A stretch of 64,000 nt of DNA, taken from positions 1,088,001 to 1,152,000 of the forward strand of contig OY761611.1 in the NCBI GenBank assembly GCA_963664875.1. Direction: 5' to 3'. Within the stretch, counting starts at the first letter, position 1. Each line of letters opens with the position of its first letter. The stretch is from Candidatus Kapaibacterium sp. (GTDB taxonomy: Bacteria > Bacteroidota > Ignavibacteria > Kapaibacteriales > UBA2268). The position numbers and the translations under genes were made by a program. This document shows, one piece after another, positions 9,294 through 18,974 of the stretch. A model generated the notes under the pieces. That model worked only from the letters and a program-made list of their open reading frames with translations. It was not told the origin of the DNA and searched no databases.

Positions 9294-10223
9294 CTACTTT
9301 TCTTCCCGGACTAATCTGTGTATCTCAATTTTTCTATTCACTGTTTCAATACCAGTTTCGTCAGTTTTTATAGTAACATTTTCTATACTCATATAAGTTG
9401 CGATTCCTGTATCTGCATCTATCAAAAATTCTTTGTTAATAGTAAGAGAAACTTGTTTGATATTAGAGGCTAAAGTTTCTTTACCTATTTCTTTTTCATA
9501 TTTTTGGATGGCTTCAATGTAGGTTTCAGAAGATGCTTTTTCTGCTACATTTATTCTGTAAAGATCTTTTCCGCTTCTTCGTTTATCTGATAGTTTTGTT
9601 ATCATAACATTTTGTGATGTAGGTATTTGACCTGCCAAAGGCAAGGTGTAATTAGCATCAAGAGTAAGAGGTTTATCAACATCTGAACCATTATAAATTG
9701 CATGGTTCGTCAAATCAAAAGAATTTTGCACTTTTGTTAAAAATCTATCTTTTGTGTACAGTAATTTCGAGATAGAGTCAATCGAATTGAGTGCTTTTTC
9801 CTTTACTTCACCTTCCGTCATTTCAGCAATCATTTTAATAGGCTCTACAAAATCGTTAAACATCTTTTCGTATATTTCATTTTTATTTTGAATACTCAAG
9901 ATTTTGCCATACAAATCTGTAGTAATAACCACTTTTAGAGATGTAACCTTCATTTTTTTAGCTATCTCATTTGGCTCTTCAATATAAATTAAGGTAAAAC
10001 CATTCTCATCTTTTTCTACAACCTCAACATGATGTTGTGTCTTTGTAGTATCATCTAAAAATATATCTCCATCGTAGTATTGCTCTGAAATAGTCATGAC
10101 CTCATAACTATACTTAGCACCTTTTTCCAAATTGATTTTGACATCATACTTCTCAGCTTGGAGTTCTAATGATATAAAAGTAAATAGTAAAATTAGCCCA
10201 AAGAGTCTAAATAGTTTCATCAT
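9294..10223 (-). CDS. Exported hypothetical protein
   Basis: Signal peptide (MMKLFRLFGLILLFTFISLELQA), 309 aa, AGGTG upstream. Confidence 0.75.
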   Translation of the reverse strand: MMKLFRLFGLILLFTFISLELQAEKYDVKINLEKGAKYSYEVMTISEQYYDGDIFLDDTTKTQHHVEVVEKDENGFTLIYIEEPNEIAKKMKVTSLKVVITTDLYGKILSIQNKNEIYEKMFNDFVEPIKMIAEMTEGEVKEKALNSIDSISKLLYTKDRFLTKVQNSFDLTNHAIYNGSDVDKPLTLDANYTLPLAGQIPTSQNVMITKLSDKRRSGKDLYRINVAEKASSETYIEAIQKYEKEIGKETLASNIKQVSLTINKEFLIDADTGIATYMSIENVTIKTDETGIETVNRKIEIHRLVREEK

Positions 10224-10292
10224 ACACCTGATTACATAATGGTTAACTCTGTAATAATAAGACGCAATATACAGACTTAATTTGTAATAAAT

Positions 10293-10331
10293 AAAAAAAA
10301 AGCCCCTTCAAATGTCAAATCTGAAGAGGCT
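10293..10331 (-). terminator. Intrinsic terminator after dsbD
   Basis: Minus strand AGCCTCTTCA..TGAAGGGGCT stem followed by a T tract. Confidence 0.75.
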
Positions 10332-10353
10332 GGGTAATTTATCAAGAGAACTC

Positions 10354-12321
10354 TTATTTTACAGCATTAAGCCCTTTATCTAAGAATTCTAAGAATTGTG
10401 CTTCGTCTCTAGTGAAACTATTGGAAGCAATAAACTCACCATCAGGTGTTAACAAAACATATAATGGGAGCTCGATAGAACCAAATCTTTCCAGTTGCAT
10501 TTTTTGATTAGAAATATATGGTTCTTTTTTACGATCTGTAAATAATTTTACTCTGACCATTTGTTCCATTTTTTCTAGTATCGCAGGTTTTGGAAACATC
10601 TTAGTTTCCATATAGCGACAGTTAGTACAAGTAAATCCTGTAAAATCTATAAAAAGTATTTTATTCTCTTTTTTAGCTAGATCTAAGCCTTCTTGGTAGT
10701 TTTTAAGCCATCCTTGCATAGCTCGGTCTTTCATAGCTTTATCACCACCACCCATAGTAGAACCTCCTATAACAACAGCATCACCGGTGCCGTCTCCCAT
10801 CATTTCTGAGTAATTCGGAGGTGGGATAAAGGCATCCAACTCTCCTAATGAACCACCACTAAGCCCTGAAAATAGGAAGATCGTAATTGCCAGGAAAACA
10901 GTTGCAAAAGTTATTCTCATCGGACCAACACCATTGATAGGTGCATCATGTGCTAATTTAAATTTACCTAAAATGTATAATACAATCATGATTGTGCACG
11001 CTATCCATATTGCAAGGAAAATAACAGGAGGCATAATTCCCCAATTCCAGACTAAGTCTGCATTAGAAATAAATTTGATTGCCGCCGCTATTTCTAAAAA
11101 ACCCATAACAACTTTTACGTTGTTCATCCATCCACCTGCTTTAGGCATCTTCTGCATAAAAGTAGGAAATAAAGCTAATAAGAAAAATGGAGCTGCAAAA
11201 ACACCTGAAAAGGCTAACATGCCTATAATAGGATAAAACCATTCTCCATTTGCTGTTGAAACAAGAGTTGTTCCGACAAATGGTACTGTACATGTAAAAG
11301 ATGTTAGAGAGAATGTTAAACCCATCAATAATACACTTACTATACCTGAACCTTGGCTCTTAGTATTTAATTTATTCATCAGCCCTGTAGGCACTTGAAT
11401 CTCAAAAGCACCAAACAAGTTAAAAGCAAAAACAATAAATAGAGCTGCAATAAACATATTTACCCAGCCATTAGTCGCAAAGTTACTAATTCCAGAAGCA
11501 CCATAAATTAGAGCTAAGATCATACCAAGAGCAGTAAAGGTTGCCATGATACCAATCGCATACAAAGAGGCATCTCTAACGCCTTTACCTTTTTCCTGCT
11601 CAGCTCTTTTTGTAAAGAATGAAACAGTAATAGGAATCATTGGAAACACACAAGGAGTCAAAAGAGCTAACGCACCTGCACCCATAGCAAACCATAGGAA
11701 TGACATCACACCTTTTTTCTTAACTTCTTCGATTTCTGAAGTAGCATCAGTTTGGAATGCTTTATCTTCTTTCTTTTCTACCTTATCTTCTTTAGGTTCA
11801 GGAAGAGTAGAAGATACTGCTTCATCTGTATATTCAATAGGAACTTCAAATTCTGTCGGAGGCAGACATCTTGAGGTGTCGCATTGCTGAAGATAGACAA
11901 GCACCTTTTCTTTACCTGATTCCAAAGTAAAATCTTGTTTTGCTTTAGCTACCAAAATAAAGACAGCATCATGCTTATAGACTTCTATATTCATCTCAAA
12001 GCCTTCGTCAAATTTTGTTACCGGCTTTTGTGCAACAATAGATTCAGGTGAAAACTCGAACAAATCTGTGTTTTTCATTGTAATTTCGGTAGCAGTAGGC
12101 CCGATACCTTCATCATTCAATTGCATTTTCATACTGTAAGTGTACCAGTGCTCTTTAATATCAAAGCTAAGTCTGATAATAAAAGTTTCGCCTGCTTTCA
12201 GTTCTTTTGCATTTGTAATGGCTTTGAAATTGATATTTTTATTGTCATCCTGCCCATACGATGAATTAAGCAGAAGTACAAAGGCTGCTAAAAAAAGCAT
12301 TAAGCCAAATCGTTTCAGCAT
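10354..12321 (-). CDS. dsbD: Thiol:disulfide interchange protein DsbD
   Basis: N domain with CDTSRC, transmembrane core with LTPCVFPMIP and SFTCT, C-terminal thioredoxin domain DFTGFTCTNC. Confidence 0.9.
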   Translation of the reverse strand: MLKRFGLMLFLAAFVLLLNSSYGQDDNKNINFKAITNAKELKAGETFIIRLSFDIKEHWYTYSMKMQLNDEGIGPTATEITMKNTDLFEFSPESIVAQKPVTKFDEGFEMNIEVYKHDAVFILVAKAKQDFTLESGKEKVLVYLQQCDTSRCLPPTEFEVPIEYTDEAVSSTLPEPKEDKVEKKEDKAFQTDATSEIEEVKKKGVMSFLWFAMGAGALALLTPCVFPMIPITVSFFTKRAEQEKGKGVRDASLYAIGIMATFTALGMILALIYGASGISNFATNGWVNMFIAALFIVFAFNLFGAFEIQVPTGLMNKLNTKSQGSGIVSVLLMGLTFSLTSFTCTVPFVGTTLVSTANGEWFYPIIGMLAFSGVFAAPFFLLALFPTFMQKMPKAGGWMNNVKVVMGFLEIAAAIKFISNADLVWNWGIMPPVIFLAIWIACTIMIVLYILGKFKLAHDAPINGVGPMRITFATVFLAITIFLFSGLSGGSLGELDAFIPPPNYSEMMGDGTGDAVVIGGSTMGGGDKAMKDRAMQGWLKNYQEGLDLAKKENKILFIDFTGFTCTNCRYMETKMFPKPAILEKMEQMVRVKLFTDRKKEPYISNQKMQLERFGSIELPLYVLLTPDGEFIASNSFTRDEAQFLEFLDKGLNAVK

Positions 12322-12514
12322 AGTAAAAGCACCTTTTGTTAATTTTTATTTATTGCAATACTTTATTTTCTACTAAATTAAACAAATATCCATAATAAGC
12401 TACATGTTTTATGTCAAAAATCTTATTACTTGATATTTTTAAATAGCAATTCATACTGTATTTTGCTTGCTAAATTTAGTTCACAAGAACATCATAAGAA
12501 TATGCAAAGGTTGC

Positions 12515-13534
12515 TTATTCCCTATCCCCTTGGAAGTAGTTGATTATCCTTCGGTCATTGAATCCTCTGCCCATAGTCGATTTTTGTCTTATAGTTTCCG
12601 ATAGCCTTTCAGAAAATACATTTGCAGAGTTATATCCATAAGTCCGAAGAAGATAGTTAAGTGCAATAACCTCAGCAATAACTGTAATATTCTTGCCCGG
12701 GAATATTGGTAATTTAATAGTTTCCAAATCAATTCCCAAAACATTTGTCGTAACTTCATCTAATCCTGTTCTTGTGTAATCGCTGGCATTAGTATAATCT
12801 TCCAGCTCAACTATTATTTCCAAACGCTTTTGGAAACGTATAGATCGAATCCCAAATATCTGCCTTATGTCAATCATGCCTAAGCCACGAAACTCCATAA
12901 AATGCTGCACAAGTGAAGTCCCGGTGCCCATAAGGATGCTCCCTCGCTTTTTAGTAAGCATGACTATATCATCAGCTACTAACCTATGCCCTCTTTCAAT
13001 CAAATCTAATGCAATTTCGCTTTTGCCAATTCCGCTTCTTCCTACAAATAGAATCCCGACTCCATAAACATCAACAAAGGAGCCATGGATAACTACCTGC
13101 AATGCAAACTGATCATCTAAATAATCAGAAAGCAGATAAGAAGTCTTCGTCGTATCAAATGAAGTGCGAAAAACTGCTATATTGTTTTGAGTCGCTATGT
13201 CGAGAAGCTCCTGATCTATCCTATTGTTATTTGTGATAATGATGCAGGGAATCGGAAACGTGCAAATACCATTGAACGCTTTGATTCTTTGTTCCAATGG
13301 CATATCTTCGAGGTAATACATTTCAGTGTTACCAAAAATTTGAATTCTTTTATAAGTAAACAAACCCACATAACCGGAAAGAGCCAACTGAGGTCTGTAC
13401 AAATTTTTATCATAAATTAGATTATCGAGACCTACCGGCTCATTCAGATGAACTAATTCGCAGGGTGAGCCAAGCAGAGTATCTACTTTTATTTCATTAG
13501 GCGTAAGAGGTTGCAGATTTTTTAGCTGATCCAT
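12515..13534 (-). CDS. hprK: HPr kinase/phosphorylase
   Basis: HG..VDVYGVG, GRSGIGKSE Walker A, GHRLVADD, MEFRGLG. Confidence 0.96.
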   Translation of the reverse strand: MDQLKNLQPLTPNEIKVDTLLGSPCELVHLNEPVGLDNLIYDKNLYRPQLALSGYVGLFTYKRIQIFGNTEMYYLEDMPLEQRIKAFNGICTFPIPCIIITNNNRIDQELLDIATQNNIAVFRTSFDTTKTSYLLSDYLDDQFALQVVIHGSFVDVYGVGILFVGRSGIGKSEIALDLIERGHRLVADDIVMLTKKRGSILMGTGTSLVQHFMEFRGLGMIDIRQIFGIRSIRFQKRLEIIVELEDYTNASDYTRTGLDEVTTNVLGIDLETIKLPIFPGKNITVIAEVIALNYLLRTYGYNSANVFSERLSETIRQKSTMGRGFNDRRIINYFQGDRE

Positions 13535-13558
13535 AATGTTTTACACTCTAAATAATAA

Positions 13559-13585
13559 AGAAAAAAGGTCGGCATAGCCGACCTT
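13559..13585 (-). terminator. Intrinsic terminator after hpf
   Basis: AAGGTCGGC-tat-GCCGACCTT stem with a T run on the minus strand. Confidence 0.75.
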
Positions 13586-13607
13586 CTTAAAATAAACAAA
13601 AAAAAGA

Positions 13608-13895
13608 TTATTTATGTGAATTCTTTGTTTTCCATTTTCTGATTTGCATTTTTACCTTATCAGAAGCTAAGTTTAAACTCTTATGAAAATCATCGCTTTG
13701 CTCTCTTGCGACTATTGTATCTCCCTGCAGATTCAACGTAAATTGTACTATTTTGTCCTGCTCGTTTATAAAATCAATACTTGCCGAAAGTATCCCATCA
13801 TGGAACTTCTCAAAACTTTTTACAGAATCCAAAGCTGCCTGATGTAATTTTGGATGTTGCCCGCTAAAATGTCGGAATGTTACGTTAGTCTGCAT
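13608..13895 (-). CDS. hpf: Ribosome hibernation promoting factor (HPF/RaiA)
   Basis: MQTNVTFRH...SDDFHKSL..ASDKVKMQIRKWKTK; start moved to the ATG at 13895, which has a GAGGTG RBS. Confidence 0.85.
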   Translation of the reverse strand: MQTNVTFRHFSGQHPKLHQAALDSVKSFEKFHDGILSASIDFINEQDKIVQFTLNLQGDTIVAREQSDDFHKSLNLASDKVKMQIRKWKTKNSHK

Positions 13896-13989
13896 ATTCA
13901 CCTCGTCCAATAACAAATTTCAAAAATAATTCTGTTAATTTCAGGATAAATCAGTAATTATCCACCAACGAATAGCTTATTGATAGTTA

Positions 13990-14796
13990 TTAGTTCTTAT
14001 TAGCTGTGAAGAATTTCTCGCTCAAATTAAATGATACAAGCATAGATAAATTTAAAGAACCCGGGGTAACATTGTACCCCTTACCTAAATCAACGGGCAA
14101 ACTAAAATTTTGTTGCGGTACTTTTTCAAATATTTTTGAAGAACTATAGTTCAGAGTATATGAAAGCTCGAAACAGATAGAACCTAAGAATGAATAATCA
14201 AGGGTTTCGTCAAATGCAAGTTCCACTCCTGTGTGAAATTTTAAAGAAGGAATTGTCTCCGACTTTTCAAAATGAGCTCCTCCTTTATAAAGATCTAAAC
14301 GAGTATTGGTATTTGCATATTCTGTCCATCTTATAGTGGAGCTCACAAAACCAATCCCAACACCAAAATATGATTTGTACGCCCTTTGGAACGGCACATA
14401 ATCACATACGAAGTAGATAGGTAAGTTCTGTATTTCAATTTCCTGCACTAATTCCCTTTCAAACACTCCCGTAGCCAATGGCACTTCTACTATATATTTG
14501 TCGTTATATTTCAGATTGTAATATGCCAAATCGAATCCGATTCTGAAATCTCCGAAGGGTTTGAGTTTAAACATCAATTGAAGCATAGTTGAGCCATCGA
14601 GCGTATTTTCTTTGCCACCGAGATATTTATTGAAATCATCAAAAAACTCATTAGAATTGATCACAAAAGGATATCCTATGCCAAGATAGAGTTGATGATA
14701 CCTATGCTGGTCATCTTCTTTTTTGGGAGTTAAATCAGTTGAATAAACTTCTATAATCGATAAACAAAGCAACACACCAATTAGCCATATCTTCAT
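13990..14796 (-). CDS. Probable outer-membrane beta-barrel protein
   Basis: Signal peptide and alternating aromatic strands (YFGVGIGF, FELSY). Confidence 0.55.
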   Translation of the reverse strand: MKIWLIGVLLCLSIIEVYSTDLTPKKEDDQHRYHQLYLGIGYPFVINSNEFFDDFNKYLGGKENTLDGSTMLQLMFKLKPFGDFRIGFDLAYYNLKYNDKYIVEVPLATGVFERELVQEIEIQNLPIYFVCDYVPFQRAYKSYFGVGIGFVSSTIRWTEYANTNTRLDLYKGGAHFEKSETIPSLKFHTGVELAFDETLDYSFLGSICFELSYTLNYSSSKIFEKVPQQNFSLPVDLGKGYNVTPGSLNLSMLVSFNLSEKFFTANKN

Positions 14797-14797
14797 A

Positions 14798-15637
14798 TTA
14801 GAATCCGTACCATCTGATTAATTCGGAAATTGTATTTTTCAGGTCTTTTCTGTGTACTATCATGTCGAGAAATCCATGTTCCAATAGGAATTCTGATTTT
14901 TGGAACCCCTGAGGCAGTTTTTTTCTGATAGTTTGCTCTATGACTCGCGGTCCTGCAAAACCAATCAAAGCACCCGGCTCAGCAATATTAACATCTCCCA
15001 ACATAGCATAAGAAGCACTCACACCACCGGTAGTCGGATCTGTCAGAAATGAAATGTAAGGTATATTATTTTCTGCCAGCTCGCCCAGAATTGCACTGGT
15101 TTTTGCCATTTGCATCAAAGAGTAAGCAGCTTCCTGCATCCTTGCCCCGCCGGAAGCAGAGAGCACCAATAACGGCATTTTGTGTTCCAAAGAGTATTTG
15201 GCTGCTCTATATATCTTTTCTCCTGCTACTGAACCCAAAGAACCACCTATGTAATTAAAATTCATAAGTGCAACAGATAAGTTTCTGCCATTGACCAAAC
15301 CGTAGCCTGAAGTTACAGAATCATTCAAACCTGACTTCCTGTCTCCTTCTTCTATTCTTTGGGGATAGGGTTTTGTATCTTCAAATTGAAGAGGATCAGC
15401 AGATTTGATTTCTGTATTAGTCTCGCAGAAAGTACCTTTGTCAAAAATAATATCAATATAGTCTTTAGTTCCAATGCGGAAATGATTGCCACATTTGAAG
15501 CAGGTGTATAGTTCATCTTCCAATTGGTCTTTATATATTACCTCTTTGCAGGAAGAGCACTTAGTCCATAATCCATTAGGCATTTCTTTAGATTTTTGAT
15601 TCTCTATGTTCTGTTTAGTTCTAAGAAACCAAGCCAT
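14798..15637 (-). CDS. accD: Acetyl-CoA carboxylase carboxyltransferase beta subunit
   Basis: Zn finger WTKC..C..C..C, GGSLG, SGGARMQE, PTTGGVSAS, GFAGPRVIEQT. Confidence 0.97.
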   Translation of the reverse strand: MAWFLRTKQNIENQKSKEMPNGLWTKCSSCKEVIYKDQLEDELYTCFKCGNHFRIGTKDYIDIIFDKGTFCETNTEIKSADPLQFEDTKPYPQRIEEGDRKSGLNDSVTSGYGLVNGRNLSVALMNFNYIGGSLGSVAGEKIYRAAKYSLEHKMPLLVLSASGGARMQEAAYSLMQMAKTSAILGELAENNIPYISFLTDPTTGGVSASYAMLGDVNIAEPGALIGFAGPRVIEQTIRKKLPQGFQKSEFLLEHGFLDMIVHRKDLKNTISELIRWYGF

Positions 15638-15726
15638 TATATTTCGTATCCTATGTTATCAGAATAAATCTTTTAAACGCTTAATCTATACAAATCTTTT
15701 ATACTATACAATTACTTGTTAAAAAC

Positions 15727-17205
15727 TTATAAAGTTTCAAAAAACTTTGATTTAATATCTTGATTAAGTCGTGCTGCATCACGCAAGTCTATATCAATTA
15801 TAGAAATATCGCCTGTTATCCCTGCAGCTGCGGTGTCCACATTTATCGTAGCCAAACCCAATCTTCGTTGAAATATTGTCTGATGTATCCTAAATGTCTG
15901 AATTTTTCTGATAGGTATCACTGTTAAGCTTTTGAACCAAACTCCTTGCTTGACTGCAAGTTTATCACCGGATATTATATAACCTCGATTCACAAAACGA
16001 AGATGTGCGTAATAATATAGTATCGGATAAAATAAAGCTATAACAAACATATAATAACCAAAGAAATAAACCAGCGAGGTTAGTACCACTGTATGGAAAA
16101 AGGCAAGTTTAATAAATGCCCTACGAACACTTAGCGGCGAAATCCCCTTTAGAGAATCAGGAAGTTGGAAGTCAAAAATATCTTCTATCAGCTTCAATAT
16201 TTTTTCTTTTTTTGAAAAGGGAACTACTGCTTCCGGTTTGACACTGTTTTCACCAAACCCGGCAGTTTGAATATCCAGAGAATAAAAATCGAAATATTTT
16301 TTTATTACGTTTGTCCTCAGAGTTAAAGATTGAAGCCGTTTAAGTGGTATAGTTCCTCTTTTTGTACTTGTAAATCCAAAAGAAGTATGCAATTTCCCTT
16401 TCGCAAGCCTCAAGCTAAATTTATAGTATCTGTTCACAGTTAGCACTATATCTGCAAGCCATGAAGTAACTATTACTGCAACAACAAGAACTGAAAGATA
16501 GAAAACAAGCTCAGTCCCGTTCAAACTCGCAAAAAAATCTATAATATGATCAAATTCTTCCGAGTCATTATTGAATAAAAAAGGTTGTGCAAAAGAATAA
16601 AGCCAAGACATAAATAGAAGGACAACAGGCCTGAACCTCAGCATCCCAAATCTCAACAACTCCCGATTCGAAAGTTTAAATATTTCGTCAGTTGTTTCTA
16701 CAGCATTTATTGATGCTGCCGGAACAACTTCTAACGTAGTTCCATCAATTATATCAATCGGTTCTTTGGAAATAATACTTTCTTTTTTTGCCTGAATATA
16801 ATCTTGAATGTTTAATGCTTCTTTGTAAGAAATGAACTGCAGTGCAGCCTCTGATGTTGCATCGCCGGCAGTTTCTAATTTGAGTTGAGTAATTCTTAGT
16901 ATCTTTTGAAGAAAGTTCTGTTCGATGTTGATATTTTGTATTTTAGACAGAGGTATCACTCTCTGCTTTTTTGCAAATATTCCTGATTTTATAGTAACTT
17001 CAGTTTCGTTAATCTCATACTTGAAAAAGTAATAATTGAGAACAGCCACAGGAATCACAAAAATCAGTGCAAAAAGACCTAAAATGAAAAACAATTTTTC
17101 TTCGTAGCGGCTTTGGTTGCTATAAATCAAATAAGCCGGAATCAGATAATTCGGGGCTCCAACTATCACTCGGTAAATTATAGTATTAGGATGAAGTCTT
17201 TTCAT
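15727..17205 (-). CDS. YdbT-like membrane protein with bacterial PH domains
   Basis: Three repeats of TM pair plus bPH motif (IPLSKIQNI, IPLKRLQSL, IPIRKIQTF...QRRLGLA). Confidence 0.85.
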   Translation of the reverse strand: MKRLHPNTIIYRVIVGAPNYLIPAYLIYSNQSRYEEKLFFILGLFALIFVIPVAVLNYYFFKYEINETEVTIKSGIFAKKQRVIPLSKIQNINIEQNFLQKILRITQLKLETAGDATSEAALQFISYKEALNIQDYIQAKKESIISKEPIDIIDGTTLEVVPAASINAVETTDEIFKLSNRELLRFGMLRFRPVVLLFMSWLYSFAQPFLFNNDSEEFDHIIDFFASLNGTELVFYLSVLVVAVIVTSWLADIVLTVNRYYKFSLRLAKGKLHTSFGFTSTKRGTIPLKRLQSLTLRTNVIKKYFDFYSLDIQTAGFGENSVKPEAVVPFSKKEKILKLIEDIFDFQLPDSLKGISPLSVRRAFIKLAFFHTVVLTSLVYFFGYYMFVIALFYPILYYYAHLRFVNRGYIISGDKLAVKQGVWFKSLTVIPIRKIQTFRIHQTIFQRRLGLATINVDTAAAGITGDISIIDIDLRDAARLNQDIKSKFFETL

Positions 17206-17206
17206 A

Positions 17207-17677
17207 TTAGAACTCTTCTGTGCTAATTAAGTCTTTTAGACTATCACGCATATCCTCAGCATACTCCAAGGGCAAACCGGGAATTAAAATATCAGCTCCG
17301 CGAGAGCCGGCTGTGTATATAATCAGTTTTGCAAGACCATGCATCCTATCCAAAATGCTTTGTTGCACATCTATATGCTGAATCCTTACAAAAGGAGCTG
17401 TAGTAGTTACTCTTGTAAAGACTCCGTATTTTATCCTTATTTCATTGTCTTCTATTGCAAATCTCCAATATTTATATCTGTAGATAGGTATTATCACAGC
17501 CCAAGTGAGCCCAAATGCAAAAAGTAATGCACTTATCAGCCCAAATGGCACGTTCCAAACAATATTCGGAGAAATCAACAGCCATTCTACCACTAAAAAT
17601 GCAAGTGAATAAAACACATAACGCATAATTATATTTATTCGCCATATATTTTTGACTGCAGGGTCTAATTGATTCAT
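17207..17677 (-). CDS. YdbS-like membrane protein with one bacterial PH domain
   Basis: YKYWRF...PFVRIQHIDVQQ..LDR..GLA.L.IYTAG...IPGL. Confidence 0.88.
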   Translation of the reverse strand: MNQLDPAVKNIWRINIIMRYVFYSLAFLVVEWLLISPNIVWNVPFGLISALLFAFGLTWAVIIPIYRYKYWRFAIEDNEIRIKYGVFTRVTTTAPFVRIQHIDVQQSILDRMHGLAKLIIYTAGSRGADILIPGLPLEYAEDMRDSLKDLISTEEF

Positions 17678-17681
17678 TGGC

Positions 17682-18803
17682 TTACTTCTTCTTTAAATAA
17701 ACATTTGATTGAGCAGAGACGTTCAGCAGGATTCCTATTGCAGCTGCATTAAAAAGCACAGCCGTTCCGCCATAGCTTATAAACGGCATAGGCACACCGG
17801 TTGTAGGCAGTAAACCTGTATTTACACCGGCATTAACAAACACATAAACTGCAAAAGTCAGCACGATGCCCGCTGATAAAAAGTAGCCAAAATTGTCAGG
17901 AGCATTTTTTGCAATTTTGAATCCTCTATAAAACACCCATGCAAAAACTAATAAAATTACAACCAAGCCTATGAAGCCGTATTCCTCTCCGATAATCGAG
18001 AAAATAAAATCCCCATAGGGCTCCGGCAAGAAATTGCTTTGGCGGTTCTGACCCGGGCCGAGACCAGTTAGTCCTCCGTTTCCAAGAGCAATAAGAGCCT
18101 GATCTAACTGATAGTTTTCGTTCTGAGCTGCTGATGTGGAATCATTCATTCCAAAAAACGACAATAGACGCTGCATCCTATAATCAGCCGAAACTGCATA
18201 AATTCCTGCAAAAACTAAACCTATTCCACCAGTGGTAATTATATGCAATACATTAGTATTTCCAATGAAAAGCATCATAAATGCGATAATAAAAATTACC
18301 ATCATTGTCGAAAAGTTTGGCTGCATTGCTATAAGAGCACAAGTTGCTCCTATCCAGACTAACAAAGGTACAAATCCTTTTTCTAAGTCTTTAATTACAG
18401 CCTGTTTTGCGTTTAGCATGGCTGCAAGGTTAATTACCAAAGCAAACTTTGCAAACTCTGCCGGTTGGATATTAAACAAGCCGAAATCTAACCATCTTGT
18501 AGCACCATTATAAGTTTTACCTATCACCAATACCAAAAAGAGCAATAACAATCCTAATAACATTGTCGGTTTTGCCCATTTTTCCCAATGGTGATAATCT
18601 ATCTTAGCAAAGGTTATCATAAAAAATATACCTAAGCCGATTCTAAGGATGTGTTTCCAAAGCAAGGTATCTGAAGCACCAAAATCTATTGCAGACTTTA
18701 CCGCACTTGCAGAATATACAAATGAACTGCTAAACAGCATTAATGCTGCGATAGGCAAAAGGACAAACCAGTCAATATGCCCCTTATTATTCAATTTATC
18801 CAT
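17682..18803 (-). CDS. ftsW: Peptidoglycan polymerase FtsW (SEDS family)
   Basis: NGATRW, IQPAEFAK, LPEPYGDFIFSIIGEEYG, PTTGVPMPFISYGG; next to murD. Confidence 0.92.
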   Translation of the reverse strand: MDKLNNKGHIDWFVLLPIAALMLFSSSFVYSASAVKSAIDFGASDTLLWKHILRIGLGIFFMITFAKIDYHHWEKWAKPTMLLGLLLLFLVLVIGKTYNGATRWLDFGLFNIQPAEFAKFALVINLAAMLNAKQAVIKDLEKGFVPLLVWIGATCALIAMQPNFSTMMVIFIIAFMMLFIGNTNVLHIITTGGIGLVFAGIYAVSADYRMQRLLSFFGMNDSTSAAQNENYQLDQALIALGNGGLTGLGPGQNRQSNFLPEPYGDFIFSIIGEEYGFIGLVVILLVFAWVFYRGFKIAKNAPDNFGYFLSAGIVLTFAVYVFVNAGVNTGLLPTTGVPMPFISYGGTAVLFNAAAIGILLNVSAQSNVYLKKK

Positions 18804-18858
18804 CTATTCTTCCCCCCTCAGGAATTTAGGATATTTGATATGTATTTTGTCTCAATAG

Positions 18859-18866
18859 CAAAGATA
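18859..18866 (-). promoter_or_regulatory. Bacteroidota-type -7 element upstream of ftsW
   Basis: TATCTTTG on the minus strand, matching TAnnTTTG, about 55 bp upstream of the start. Confidence 0.5.
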
Positions 18867-18974
18867 AAAAGACACTTGCGTTTATCAATCAAAATCTTTT
18901 ATAAACGCATATCTCTTTCCCTTACACTTCAATTTTTTGCATTTAATCTATTCAATATTGAGTTTATCTAACAT

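Noticed and set aside
8956-9373. Short ORFs upstream of the flg operon and possible sigma54 or sigma28 promoters
   Set aside because: The ORFs have non-protein-like composition, and only weak partial promoter matches were found.
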